Shown here piece by piece: positions 44,001 to 57,340 of a DNA stretch of 64,000 nucleotides. This DNA is from Auanema rhodensis (lineage: Eukaryota > Animalia > Nematoda). Made by a program: the position numbers and the translations under genes. Under the pieces are notes generated by a model. It was not told the DNA's origin, did not search any database, and worked only from the letters and a program-made list of their open reading frames with translations. The number at the start of each line of letters is the position of its first letter. Position 1 is the first letter of the stretch. Where the stretch lies: contig OZ059900.1 of assembly GCA_964057225.1 (NCBI GenBank), positions 24,490,001-24,554,000 of the forward strand, given 5' to 3'.

Positions 44001-45876
44001 TCTGAGGGCACGCCCCTTATGGCTAATATTGATTAAATCGATTTTTGTTCATATGAGTCGTCAAATGCAACGAATTTCAGCGTGTTACATACTAAAATGA
44101 AGCATTTCACATGCTGAACACTAGAAAAATACAAAAACACAGTAATACCCATGAGAAATATTTTATTATGCTGGAAAACCAGTTTTTGGAAATTTCGCTG
44201 TAAACAAGGTTTTGACTTACGATTTCATGTGTTCAAACTCATGCAATGTCAATGAAACCTAGCTCAAAATTGTTCGTACAACGTCTAGTTCCACTTTCAC
44301 GACAAAAAAACAGGGGTTAGAAAATTAAGGAAATTAGCATATTCTGAGGGCACGCCCCTTATGGCTAATATTGATTAAATCGATTTTTGTTCATATGATT
44401 CGTCAAATGCAACGAATTTCAGCGTGTTACATACTAAAATGAACCATTTTACATGCTGAACACTAGAAAAATACAAAAACACAGTAATGCCCATGAGAAA
44501 TATTTTATTATGCTGGAAAACCAGTTTTTGGAAATTTCGCTGTAAACAAGGTTTTGACTTACGATTTCATGTGTTCAAACTCATGCAATGTCAATGAAAC
44601 CTAGCTCAAAATTGTTAATACAATGTCTAGTTCCACTTTCACGACAAAAAAACAGGGGTTAGAAAATTAAGGAAATTAGCATATTCTGAGGGCACGCCCT
44701 TTATGGCTAATATTGATTAAATCGATTTTTGTTCATATGAGTCGTCAAATGCAACGAATTTCAGCGTGTTACATACTAAAATGAAGCATTTTACATGCTG
44801 AACACTAGAAAAATACAAAAACACAGTATTTCCCATGAGAAATATTTTATTATGCTGGAAAACCAGTTTTTGGAAATTTCGCTGTAAACAAGGTTTTGAC
44901 TTACGATTTCATGTGTTCAAACTCATGCAATGTCAATGAAACCTAGCTCAAAATTGTTCGTACAACGTCTAGTTCCACTTTCACGACTAAAAAACAGGGG
45001 TTAGAAAATTAAGGAAATTAGCATATTCTGAGGGCACGCCCCTTATGGCTAATATTGATTAAATCGATTTTTGTTCATATGAGTCGTCAAATGCAACGAA
45101 TTTCAGCGTGTTACATACTAAAATGAAGCATTTTACATGCTGAACACTAGAAAAATACAAAAACACAGTATTTCCCATGAGAAATATTTTATTATGCTGG
45201 AAAACCAGTTTTTGGAAATTTCGCTGTAAACAAGGTTTTGACTTACGATTTCATGTGTTCAAACTCATGCAATGTCAATGAAACCCAGCTCAAAATTGTT
45301 CGTACAACGTCTAGTTCCACTTTCACGACAAAAAAACAGGGGTTAGAAAATTAAGGAAATTAGCATATTCTGAGGGCACGCCCCTTATGGCTAATATTGA
45401 TTAAATCGATTTTTGTTCATATGAGTCGTCAAATGCAACGAATTTCAGCGTGTTACATACTAAAATGAAGCATTTTACATGCTGAACACTAGAAAAATAC
45501 AAAAACACAGTATTTCCCATGAGAAATATTTTATTATGCTGGAAAACCAGTTTTTGGAAATTTCGCTGTAAACAAGGTTTTGACTTACGATTTCATGTGT
45601 TCAAACTCATGCAATGTCAATGAAACCTAGCTCAAAATTGTTCCTACAACGTCTAGTTCCACTTTCACGACAAAAAAACAGGGGTTAGAAAATTAAGGAA
45701 ATTAGCATATTCTGAGGGCACGCCCTTTATGGCTAATATTGATTAAATCGGTTTTTGTTCATATGAGTCGTCAAATGCAACGAATTTCAGCGTGTTACAT
45801 ACTAAAATGAAGCATTTCACATGCTGAACACTAGAAAAATACAAAAACACAGTATTTCCCATGAGAAATATTTTAT
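41089..45876 (+). repeat. 7-monomer higher-order repeat x2 (2,394 bp) with private SNVs
   Basis: Private SNV pairs at 42005/44399 (ATGATT) and 42050/44444 (GAACC), both at offset 2,394. Neighbouring monomer types are in the same order. Confidence 0.85.
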
Positions 45877-48800
45877 TATGCTGGAAAACCAGTTTTTGGA
45901 AATTTCGCTGTAAACAAGGTTTTGACTTACGATTTCATGTGTTCAAACTCATGCAATGTCAATGAAACCTAGCTCAAAATTGTTCGTACAACGTCTAGTT
46001 CCACTTTCACGACAAAAAAACAGGGGTTAGAAAATTAAGGAAATTAGCATATTCTGAGGGCACGCCCCTTATGGCTAATATTGATTAAATCGATTTTTGT
46101 TCATATGAGTCGTCAAATGCAACGAATTTCAGCGTGTTACATACTAAAATGAAGCATTTTACATGCTGAACACTAGAAAAATACAAAAACACAGTATTTC
46201 CCATGAGAAATATTTTATTATGCTGGAAAACCAGTTTTTGGAAATTTCGCTGTAAACAAGGTTTTGACTTACGATTTCATGTGTTCAAACTCATGCAATG
46301 TCAATGAAACCTAGCTCAAAATTGTTCGTACAACGTCTAGTTCCACTTTCACGACTAAAAAACAGGGGTTAGAAAATTAAGGAAATTAGCATATTCTGAG
46401 GGCACGCCCCTTATGGCTAATATTGATTAAATCGATTTTTGTTCATATGAGTCGTCAAATGCAACGAATTTCAGCGTGTTACATACTAAAATGAAGCATT
46501 TTACATGCTGAACACTAGAAAAATACAAAAACACAGTATTTCCCATGAGAAATATTTTATTATGCTGGAAAACCAGTTTTTGGAAATTTCGCTGTAAACA
46601 AGGTTTTGACTTACGATTTCATGTGTTCAAACTCATGCAATGTCAATGAAACCCAGCTCAAAATTGTTCGTACAACGTCTAGTTCCACTTTCACGACAAA
46701 AAAACAGGGGTTAGAAAATTAAGGAAATTAGCATATTCTGAGGGCACGCCCCTTATGGCTAATATTGATTAAATCGATTTTTGTTCATATGAGTCGTCAA
46801 ATGCAACGAATTTCAGCGTGTTACATACTAAAATGAAGCATTTTACATGCTGAACACTAGAAAAATACAAAAACACAGTATTTCCCATGAGAAATATTTT
46901 ATTATGCTGGAAAACCAGTTTTTGGAAATTTCGCTGTAAACAAGGTTTTGACTTACGATTTCATGTGTTCAAACTCATGCAATGTCAATGAAACCTAGCT
47001 CAAAATTGTTCGTACAACGTCTAGTTCCACTTTCACGACAAAAAAACAGGGGTTAGAAAATTAAGGAAATTAGCATATTCTGAGGGCACGCCCCTTATGG
47101 CTAATATTGATTAAATCGATTTTTGTTCATATGAGTCGTCAAATGCAACGAATTTCAGCGTGTTACATACTAAAATGAAGCATTTTACATGCTGAACACT
47201 AGAAAAATACAAAAACACAGTATTTCCCATGAGAAATATTTTATTATGCTGGAAAACCAGTTTTTGGAAATTTCGCTGTAAACAAGGTTTTGACTTACGA
47301 TTTCATGTGTTCAAACTCATGCAATGTCAATGAAACCCAGCTCAAAATTGTTCGTACAACGTCTAGTTCCACTTTCACGACAAAAAAACAGGGGTTAGAA
47401 AATTAAGGAAATTAGCATATTCTGAGGGCACGCCCCTTATGGCTAATATTGATTAAATCGATTTTTGTTCATATGAGTCGTCAAATGCAACGAATTTCAG
47501 CGTGTTACATACTAAAATGAAGCATTTCACATGCTGAACACTAGAAAAATACAAAAACACAGTATTTCCCATGAGAAATATTTTATTATGCTGGAAAACC
47601 AGTTTTTGGAAATTTCGCTGTAAACAAGGTTTTGACTTACGATTTCATGTGTTCAAACTCATGCAATGTCAATGAAACCTAGCTCAAAATTGTTCGTACA
47701 ACGTCTAGTTCCACTTTCACGACAAAAAAACAGGGGTTAGAAAATTAAGGAAATTAGCATATTCTGAGGGCACGCCCCTTATGGCTAATATTGATTAAAT
47801 CGATTTTTGTTCATATGAGTCGTCAAATGCAACGAATTTCAGCGTGTTACATACTAAAATGAAGCATTTTACATGCTGAACACTAGAAAAATACAAAAAC
47901 ACAGTATTTCCCATGAGAAATATTTTATTATGCTGGAAAACCAGTTTTTGGAAATTTCGCTGTAAACAAGGTTTTGACTTACGATTTCATGTGTTCAAAC
48001 TCATGCAATGTCAATGAAACCCAGCTCAAAATTGTTCGTACAACGTCTAGTTCCACTTTCACGACAAAAAAACAGGGGTTAGAAAATTAAGGAAATTAGC
48101 ATATTCTGAGGGCACGCCCCTTATGGCTAATATTGATTAAATCGATTTTTGTTCATATGAGTCGTCAAATGCAACGAATTTCAGCGTGTTACATACTAAA
48201 ATGAAGCATTTTACATGCTGAACACTAGAAAAATACAAAAACACAGTATTTCCCATGAGAAATATTTTATTATGCTGGAAAACCAGTTTTTGGAAATTTC
48301 GCTGTAAACAAGGTTTTGACTTACGATTTCATGTGTTCAAACTCATGCAATGTCAATGAAACCTAGCTCAAAATTGTTCGTACAACGTCTAGTTCCACTT
48401 TCACGACAAAAAAACAGGGGTTAGAAAATTAAGGAAATTAGCATATTCTGAGGGCACGCCCCTTATGGCTAATATTGATTAAATCGATTTTTGTTCATAT
48501 GAGTCGTCAAATGCAACGAATTTCAGCGTGTTACATACTAAAATGAAGCATTTTACATGCTGAACACTAGAAAAATACAAAAACACAGTATTTCCCATGA
48601 GAAATATTTTATTATGCTGGAAAACCAGTTTTTGGAAATTTCGCTGTAAACAAGGTTTTGACTTACGATTTCATGTGTTCAAACTCATGCAATGTCAATG
48701 AAACCTAGCTCAAAATTGTTCGTACAACGTCTAGTTCCACTTTCACGACAAAAAAACAGGGGTTAGAAAATTAAGGAAATTAGCATATTCTGAGGGCACG

Positions 48801-51800
48801 CCCCTTATGGCTAATATTGATTAAATCGATTTTTGTTCATATGAGTCGTCAAATGCAACGAATTTCAGCGTGTTACATACTAAAATGAAGCATTTTACAT
48901 GCTGAACACTAGAAAAATACAAAAACACAGTATTTCCCATGAGAAATATTTTATTATGCTGGAAAACCAGTTTTTGGAAATTTCGCTGTAAACAAGGTTT
49001 TGACTTACGATTTCATGTGTTCAAACTCATGCAATGTCAATGAAACCTAGCTCAAAATTGTTCGTACAACGTCTAGTTCCACTTTCACGACTAAAAAACA
49101 GGGGTTAGAAAATTAAGGAAATTAGCATATTCTGAGGGCACGCCCCTTATGGCTAATATTGATTAAATCGATTTTTGTTCATATGAGTCGTCAAATGCAA
49201 CGAATTTCAGCGTGTTACATACTAAAATGAAGCATTTTACATGCTGAACACTAGAAAAATACAAAAACACAGTATTTCCCATGAGAAATATTTTATTATG
49301 CTGGAAAACCAGTTTTTGGAAATTTCGCTGTAAACAAGGTTTTGACTTACGATTTCATGTGTTCAAACTCATGCAATGTCAATGAAACCCAGCTCAAAAT
49401 TGTTCGTACAACGTCTAGTTCCACTTTCACGACAAAAAAACAGGGGTTAGAAAATTAAGGAAATTAGCATATTCTGAGGGCACGCCCCTTATGGCTAATA
49501 TTGATTAAATCGATTTTTGTTCATATGAGTCGTCAAATGCAACGAATTTCAGCGTGTTACATACTAAAATGAAGCATTTTACATGCTGAACACTAGAAAA
49601 ATACAAAAACACAGTATTTCCCATGAGAAATATTTTATTATGCTGGAAAACCAGTTTTTGGAAATTTCGCTGTAAACAAGGTTTTGACTTACGATTTCAT
49701 GTGTTCAAACTCATGCAATGTCAATGAAACCTAGCTCAAAATTGTTCGTACAACGTCTAGTTCCACTTTCACGACAAAAAAACAGGGGTTAGAAAATTAA
49801 GGAAATTAGCATATTCTGAGGGCACGCCCCTTATGGCTAATATTGATTAAATCGATTTTTGTTCATATGAGTCGTCAAATGCAACGAATTTCAGCGTGTT
49901 ACATACTAAAATGAAGCATTTTACATGCTGAACACTAGAAAAATACAAAAACACAGTATTTCCCATGAGAAATATTTTATTATGCTGGAAAACCAGTTTT
50001 TGGAAATTTCGCTGTAAACAAGGTTTTGACTTACGATTTCATGTGTTCAAACTCATGCAATGTCAATGAAACCCAGCTCAAAATTGTTCGTACAACGTCT
50101 AGTTCCACTTTCACGACAAAAAAACAGGGGTTAGAAAATTAAGGAAATTAGCATATTCTGAGGGCACGCCCCTTATGGCTAATATTGATTAAATCGATTT
50201 TTGTTCATATGAGTCGTCAAATGCAACGAATTTCAGCGTGTTACATACTAAAATGAAGCATTTTACATGCTGAACACTAGAAAAATACAAAAACACAGTA
50301 TTTCCCATGAGAAATATTTTATTATGCTGGAAAACCAGTTTTTGGAAATTTCGCTGTAAACAAGGTTTTGACTTACGATTTCATGTGTTCAAACTCATGC
50401 AATGTCAATGAAACCTAGCTCAAAATTGTTCGTACAACGTCTAGTTCCACTTTCACGACAAAAAAACAGGGGTTAGAAAATTAAGGAAATTAGCATATTC
50501 TGAGGGCACGCCCCTTATGGCTAATATTGATTAAATCGATTTTTGTTCATATGAGTCGTCAAATGCAACGAATTTCAGCGTGTTACATACTAAAATGAAG
50601 CATTTTACATGCTGAACACTAGAAAAATACAAAAACACAGTATTTCCCATGAGAAATATTTTATTATGCTGGAAAACCAGTTTTTGGAAATTTCGCTGTA
50701 AACAAGGTTTTGACTTACGATTTCATGTGTTCAAACTCATGCAATGTCAATGAAACCTAGCTCAAAATTGTTCGTACAACGTCTAGTCCCACTTTCACGA
50801 CAAAAAAACAGGGGTTAGAAAATTAAGGAAATTAGCATATTCTGAGGGCACGCCCCTTATGGCTAATATTGATTAAATCGATTTTTGTTCATATGAGTCG
50901 TCAAATGCAACGAATTTCAGCGTGTTACATACTAAAATGAAGCATTTTACATGCTGAACACTAGAAAAATACAAAAACACAGTATTTCCCATGAGAAATA
51001 TTTTATTATGCTGGAAAACCAGTTTTTGGAAATTTCGCTGTAAACAAGGTTTTGACTTACGATTTCATGTGTTCAAACTCATGCAATGTCAATGAAACCT
51101 AGCTCAAAATTGTTCGTACAACGTCTAGTTCCACTTTCACGACAAAAAAACAGGGGTTAGAAAATTAAGGAAATTAGCATATTCTGAGGGCACGCCCCTT
51201 ATGGCTAATATTGATTAAATCGATTTTTGTTCATATGAGTCGTCAAATGCAACGAATTTCAGCGTGTTACATACTAAAATGAAGCATTTCACATGCTGAA
51301 CACTAGAAAAATACAAAAACACAGTATTTCCCATGAGAAATATTTTATTATGCTGGAAAACCAGTTTTTGGAAATTTCGCTGTAAACAAGGTTTTGACTT
51401 ACGATTTCATGTGTTCAAACTCATGCAATGTCAATGAAACCTAGCTCAAAATTGTTCGTACAACGTCTAGTTCCACTTTCACGACAAAAAAACAGGGGTT
51501 AGAAAATTAAGGAAATTAGCATATTCTGAGGGCACGCCCCTTATGGCTAATATTGATTAAATCGATTTTTGTTCATATGAGTCGTCAAATGCAACGAATT
51601 TCAGCGTGTTACATACTAAAATGAAGCATTTCACATGCTGAACACTAGAAAAATACAAAAACACAGTATTTCCCATGAGAAATATTTTATTATGCTGGAA
51701 AACCAGTTTTTGGAAATTTCGCTGTAAACAAGGTTTTGACTTACGATTTCATGTGTTCAAACTCATGCAATGTCAATGAAACCTAGCTCAAAATTGTTCG

Positions 51801-52579
51801 TACAACGTCTAGTTCCACTTTCACGACAAAAAAACAGGGGTTAGAAAATTAAGGAAATTAGCATATTCTGAGGGCACGCCCCTTATGGCTAATATTGATT
51901 AAATCGATTTTTGTTCATATGAGTCGTCAAATGCAACGAATTTCAGCGTGTTACATACTAAAATGAAGCATTTTACATGCTGAACACTAGAAAAATACAA
52001 AAACACAGTATTTCCCATGAGAAATATTTTATTATGCTGGAAAACCAGTTTTTGGAAATTTCGCTGTAAACAAGGTTTTGACTTACGATTTCATGTGTTC
52101 AAACTCATGCAATGTCAATGAAACCTAGCTCAAAATTGTTCGTACAACGTCTAGTCCCACTTTCACGACAAAAAAACAGGGGTTAGAAAATTAAGGAAAT
52201 TAGCATATTCTGAGGGCACGCCCCTTATGGCTAATATTGATTAAATCGATTTTTGTTCATATGAGTCGTCAAATGCAACGAATTTCAGCGTGTTACATAC
52301 TAAAATGAAGCATTTTACATGCTGAACACTAGAAAAATACAAAAACACAGTATTTCCCATGAGAAATATTTTATTATGCTGGAAAACCAGTTTTTGGAAA
52401 TTTCGCTGTAAACAAGGTTTTGACTTACGATTTCATGTGTTCAAACTCATGCAATGTCAATGAAACCTAGCTCAAAATTGTTCGTACAACGTCTAGTTCC
52501 ACTTTCACGACAAAAAAACAGGGGTTAGAAAATTAAGGAAATTAGCATATTCTGAGGGCACGCCCCTTATGGCTAATAT

Positions 52580-52587
52580 TGATTTTG
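52580..52587. other. Inversion breakpoint of the satellite array (forward m210 joined to reverse m310)
   Basis: Sequence reads ...GGCTAATATTGATT|TTGTATTTTTCTAGTG. TT at 52583-52584 fits either arm. TGATT (52580-52584) matches the expected reverse-arm TGTTT at 4 of 5 positions. No inserted bases. Confidence 0.97.
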
Positions 52588-55500
52588 TATTTTTCTAGTG
52601 TTCAGCATGTAAAATGCTTCATTTTAGTATGTAACACGCTGAAATTCGTTGCATTTGACGACTCATATGAACAAAAATCGATTTAATCAATATTAGCCAT
52701 AAGGGGCGTACCCTCAGAATATGCTAATTTCCTTAATTTTCTAACCCCTGTTTTTTTGTCGTGAAAGTGGGACTAGACGTTGTACGAACAATTTTGAGCT
52801 AGGTTTCATTGACATTGCATGAGTTTGAACACATGAAATCGTAAGTCAAAACCTTGTTTACAGCGAAATTTCCAAAAACTGGTTTTCCAGCATAATAAAA
52901 TATTTCTCATGGGAAATACTGTGTTTTTGTATTTTTCTAGTGTTCAGCATGTAAAATGCTTCATTTTAGTATGTAACACGCTGAAATTCGTTGCATTTGA
53001 CGACTCATATGAACAAAAATCGATTTAATCAATATTAGCCATAAGGGGCGTGCCCTCAGAATATGCTAATTTCCTTAATTTTCTAACCCTTGTTTTTTTG
53101 TCGTGAAAGTGGAACTAGACGTTGTACGAACAATTTTGAGCTAGGTTTCATTGACATTGCATGAGTTTGAACACATGAAATCGTAAGTCAAAACCTTGTT
53201 TACAGCGAAATTTCCAAAAACTGGTTTTCCAGCATAATAAAATATTTCTCATGGGAAATACTGTGTTTTTGTATTTTTCTAGTGTTCAGCATGTAAAATG
53301 CTTCATTTTAGTATGTAACACGCTGAAATTCGTTGCATTTGACGACTCATATGAACAAAAATCGATTTAATCAATATTAGCCATAAGGGGCGTGCCCTCA
53401 GAATATGCTAATTTCCTTAATTTTCTAACCCCTGTTTTTTGGCCGTGAAAGTGGGACTAGACGTTGTACAAACACTTTTGAGCTAGGTTTTATTGACATT
53501 GCATGAGTTTGAACACATGAAATCGTAAGTCAAAACCTTGTTTACAGCGAAATTTCCAAAAACTGGTTTTCCAGCATAATAAAATATTTCTCATGGGAAA
53601 TACTGTGTTTTTGTATTTTTCTAGTGTTCAGCATGTAAAATGCTTCATTTTAGTATGTAACACGCTGAAATTCGTTGCATTTGACGACTCATATGAACAA
53701 AAATCGATTTAATCAATATTAGCCATAAGGGGCGTGCCCTCAGAATATGCTAATTTCCTTAATTTTCTAACCCCTGTTTTTTTGTCGTGAAAGTGGGACT
53801 AGACGTTGTACGAACAATTTTGAGCTAGGTTTCATTGACATTGCATGAGTTTGAACACATGAAATCGTAAGTCAAAACCTTGTTTACAGCGAAATTTCCA
53901 AAAACTGGTTTTCCAGCATAATAAAATATTTCTCATGGGAAATACTGTGTTTTTGTATTTTTTTAGTGTTCAGCATGTAAAATGCTTCATTTTAGTATGT
54001 AACACGCTGAAATTCGTTGCATTTGACGACTCATATGAACAAAAATCGATTTAATCAATATTAGCCATAAGGGGCGTGCCCTCAGAATATGCTAATTCCC
54101 TTAATTTTCTAACCCCTGTTTTTTTGTCGTGAAAGTGGAACTAGACGTTGTACAAACAATTTTGAGCTAGGTTTCATTGACATTGCATGAGTTTGAACAC
54201 ATGAAATCGTAAGTCAAAACCTTGTTTACAGCGAAATTTCCAAAAACTGGTTTTCCAGCATAATAAAATATTTCTCATGGGAAATACTGTGTTTTTGTAT
54301 TTTTCTAGTGTTCAGCATGTAAAATGCTTCATTTTAGTATGTAACACGCTGAAATTCGTTGCATTTGACGACTCATATTAACAAAAATCGATTTAATCAA
54401 TATTAGCCATAAGGGGCGTGCCCTCAGAATATGCTAATTTCCTTAATTTTCTAACCCCTGTTTTTTTGTCGTGAAAGTGGAACTAGACGTTGTACGAACA
54501 ATTTTGAGCTAGGTTTCATTGACATTGCATGAGTTTGAACACATGAAATCGTAAGTCAAAACCTTGTTTACAGCGAAATTTCCAAAAACTGGTTTTCCAG
54601 CATAATAAAATATTTCTCATGGGAAATACTGTGTTTTTGTATTTTTCTAGTGTTCAGCATGTAAAATACTTCATTTTAGTATGTAACACGCTGAAATTCG
54701 TTGCATTTGACGACTCATATGAACAAAAATCGATTTAATCAATATTAGCCATAAGGGGCGTGCCCTCAGAATATGCTAATTCCCTTAATTTTCTAACCCC
54801 TGTTTTTTTGTCGTGAAAGTGGAACTAGACGTTGTACAAACAATTTTGAGCTAGGTTTCATTGACATTGCATGAGTTTGAACACATGAAATCGTAAGTCA
54901 AAACCTTGTTTACAGCGAAATTTCCAAAAACTGGTTTTCCAGCATAATAAAATATTTCTCATGGGAAATACTGTGTTTTTGTATTTTTCTAGTGTTCAGC
55001 ATGTAAAATGCTTCATTTTAGTATGTAACACGCTGAAATTCGTTGCATTTGACGACTCATATTAACAAAAATCGATTTAATCAATATTAGCCATAAGGGG
55101 CGTGCCCTCAGAATATGCTAATTTCCTTAATTTTCTAACCCCTGTTTTTTTGTCGTGAAAGTGGAACTAGACGTTGTACGAACAATTTTGAGCTAGGTTT
55201 CATTGACATTGCATGAGTTTGAACACATGAAATCGTAAGTCAAAACCTTGTTTACAGCGAAATTTCCAAAAACTGGTTTTCCAGCATAATAAAATATTTC
55301 TCATGGGAAATACTGTGTTTTTGTATTTTTCTAGTGTTCAGCATGTAAAATACTTCATTTTAGTATGTAACACGCTGAAATTCGTTGCATTTGACGACTC
55401 ATATGAACAAAAATCGATTTAATCAATATTAGCCATAAGGGGCGTGCCCTCAGAATATGCTAATTCCCTTAATTTTCTAACCCCTGTTTTTTTGTCGTGA

Positions 55501-57340
55501 AAGTGGAACTAGACGTTGTACGAACAATTTTGAGCTAGGTTTCATTGACATTGCATGAGTTTGAACACATGAAATCGTAAGTCAAAACCTTGTTTACAGC
55601 GAAATTTCCAAAAACTGGTTTTCCAGCATAATAAAATATTTCTCATGGGAAATACTGTGTTTTTGTATTTTTCTAGTGTTCAGCATGTAAAATGCTTCAT
55701 TTTAGTATGTAACACGCTGAAATTCGTTGCATTTGACGACTCATATGAACAAAAATCGATTTAATCAATATTAGCCATAAGGGGCGTACCCTCAGAATAT
55801 GCTAATTTCCTTAATTTTCTAACCCCTGTTTTTTTGTCGTGAAAGTGGGACTAGACGTTGTACGAACAATTTTGAGCTAGGTTTCATTGACATTGCATGA
55901 GTTTGAACACATGAAATCGTAAGTCAAAACCTTGTTTACAGCGAAATTTCCAAAAACTGGTTTTCCAGCATAATAAAATATTTCTCATGGGAAATACTGT
56001 GTTTTTGTATTTTTCTAGTGTTCAGCATGTAAAATGCTTCATTTTAGTATGTAACACGCTGAAATTCGTTGCATTTGACGACTCATATGAACAAAAATCG
56101 ATTTAATCAATATTAGCCATAAGGGGCGTGCCCTCAGAATATGCTAATTTCCTTAATTTTCTAACCCCTGTTTTTTTGTCGTGAAAGTGGAACTAGACGT
56201 TGTACGAACAATTTTGAGCTAGGTTTCATTGACATTGCATGAGTTTGAACACATGAAATCGTAAGTCAAAACCTTGTTTACAGCGAAATTTCCAAAAACT
56301 GGTTTTCCAGCATAATAAAATATTTCTCATGGGAAATACTGTGTTTTTGTATTTTTCTAGTGTTCAGCATGTAAAATGCTTCATTTTAGTATGTAACACG
56401 CTGAAATTCGTTGCATTTGACGACTCATATGAACAAAAATCGATTTAATCAATATTAGCCATAAGGGGCGTGCCCTCAGAATATGCTAATTTCCTTAATT
56501 TTCTAACCCCTGTTTTTTGGCCGTGAAAGTGGGACTAGACGTTGTACAAACACTTTTGAGCTAGGTTTTATTGACATTGCATGAGTTTGAACACATGAAA
56601 TCGTAAGTCAAAACCTTGTTTACAGCGAAATTTCCAAAAACTGGTTTTCCAGCATAATAAAATATTTCTCATGGGAAATACTGTGTTTTTGTATTTTTCT
56701 AGTGTTCAGCATGTAAAATGCTTCATTTTAGTATGTAACACGCTGAAATTCGTTGCATTTGACGACTCATATGAACAAAAATCGATTTAATCAATATTAG
56801 CCATAAGGGGCGTGCCCTCAGAATATGCTAATTTCCTTAATTTTCTAACCCCTGTTTTTTTGTCGTGAAAGTGGGACTAGACGTTGTACGAACAATTTTG
56901 AGCTAGGTTTCATTGACATTGCATGAGTTTGAACACATGAAATCGTAAGTCAAAACCTTGTTTACAGCGAAATTTCCAAAAACTGGTTTTCCAGCATAAT
57001 AAAATATTTCTCATGGGAAATACTGTGTTTTTGTATTTTTTTAGTGTTCAGCATGTAAAATGCTTCATTTTAGTATGTAACACGCTGAAATTCGTTGCAT
57101 TTGACGACTCATATGAACAAAAATCGATTTAATCAATATTAGCCATAAGGGGCGTGCCCTCAGAATATGCTAATTCCCTTAATTTTCTAACCCCTGTTTT
57201 TTTGTCGTGAAAGTGGAACTAGACGTTGTACAAACAATTTTGAGCTAGGTTTCATTGACATTGCATGAGTTTGAACACATGAAATCGTAAGTCAAAACCT
57301 TGTTTACAGCGAAATTTCCAAAAACTGGTTTTCCAGCATA
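52585..57340 (-). repeat. 9-monomer (3,078 bp) higher-order repeat; the junction-proximal copy is partial (about 5 monomers)
   Basis: GCGTACCC at 52710/55788, a six-SNV cluster at 53441-53491/56519-56569, and the TTTTTTAG + ATTCCC + TACAAAC monomer at 53921/56999, all at offset 3,078. An internal 2-mer (CATATTA, AAATACT) has a 684-bp period. Confidence 0.85.

Larger units (their letters stand above)
1..52584 (+). repeat. 342-bp tandem satellite array, forward-orientation block (153 full monomers plus a 210-bp partial)
   Basis: TATGCTGGAAAACCAG recurs at 1, 343, 685, 1030, 1372 ... 52033, 52375. The period is 342 bp, or 345 bp in 16 monomers with a longer A-tract (GACTAAAAAAAAACAG). 153x342 + 16x3 = 52,374, which matches the last monomer start at 52,375. 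Confidence 0.99.
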
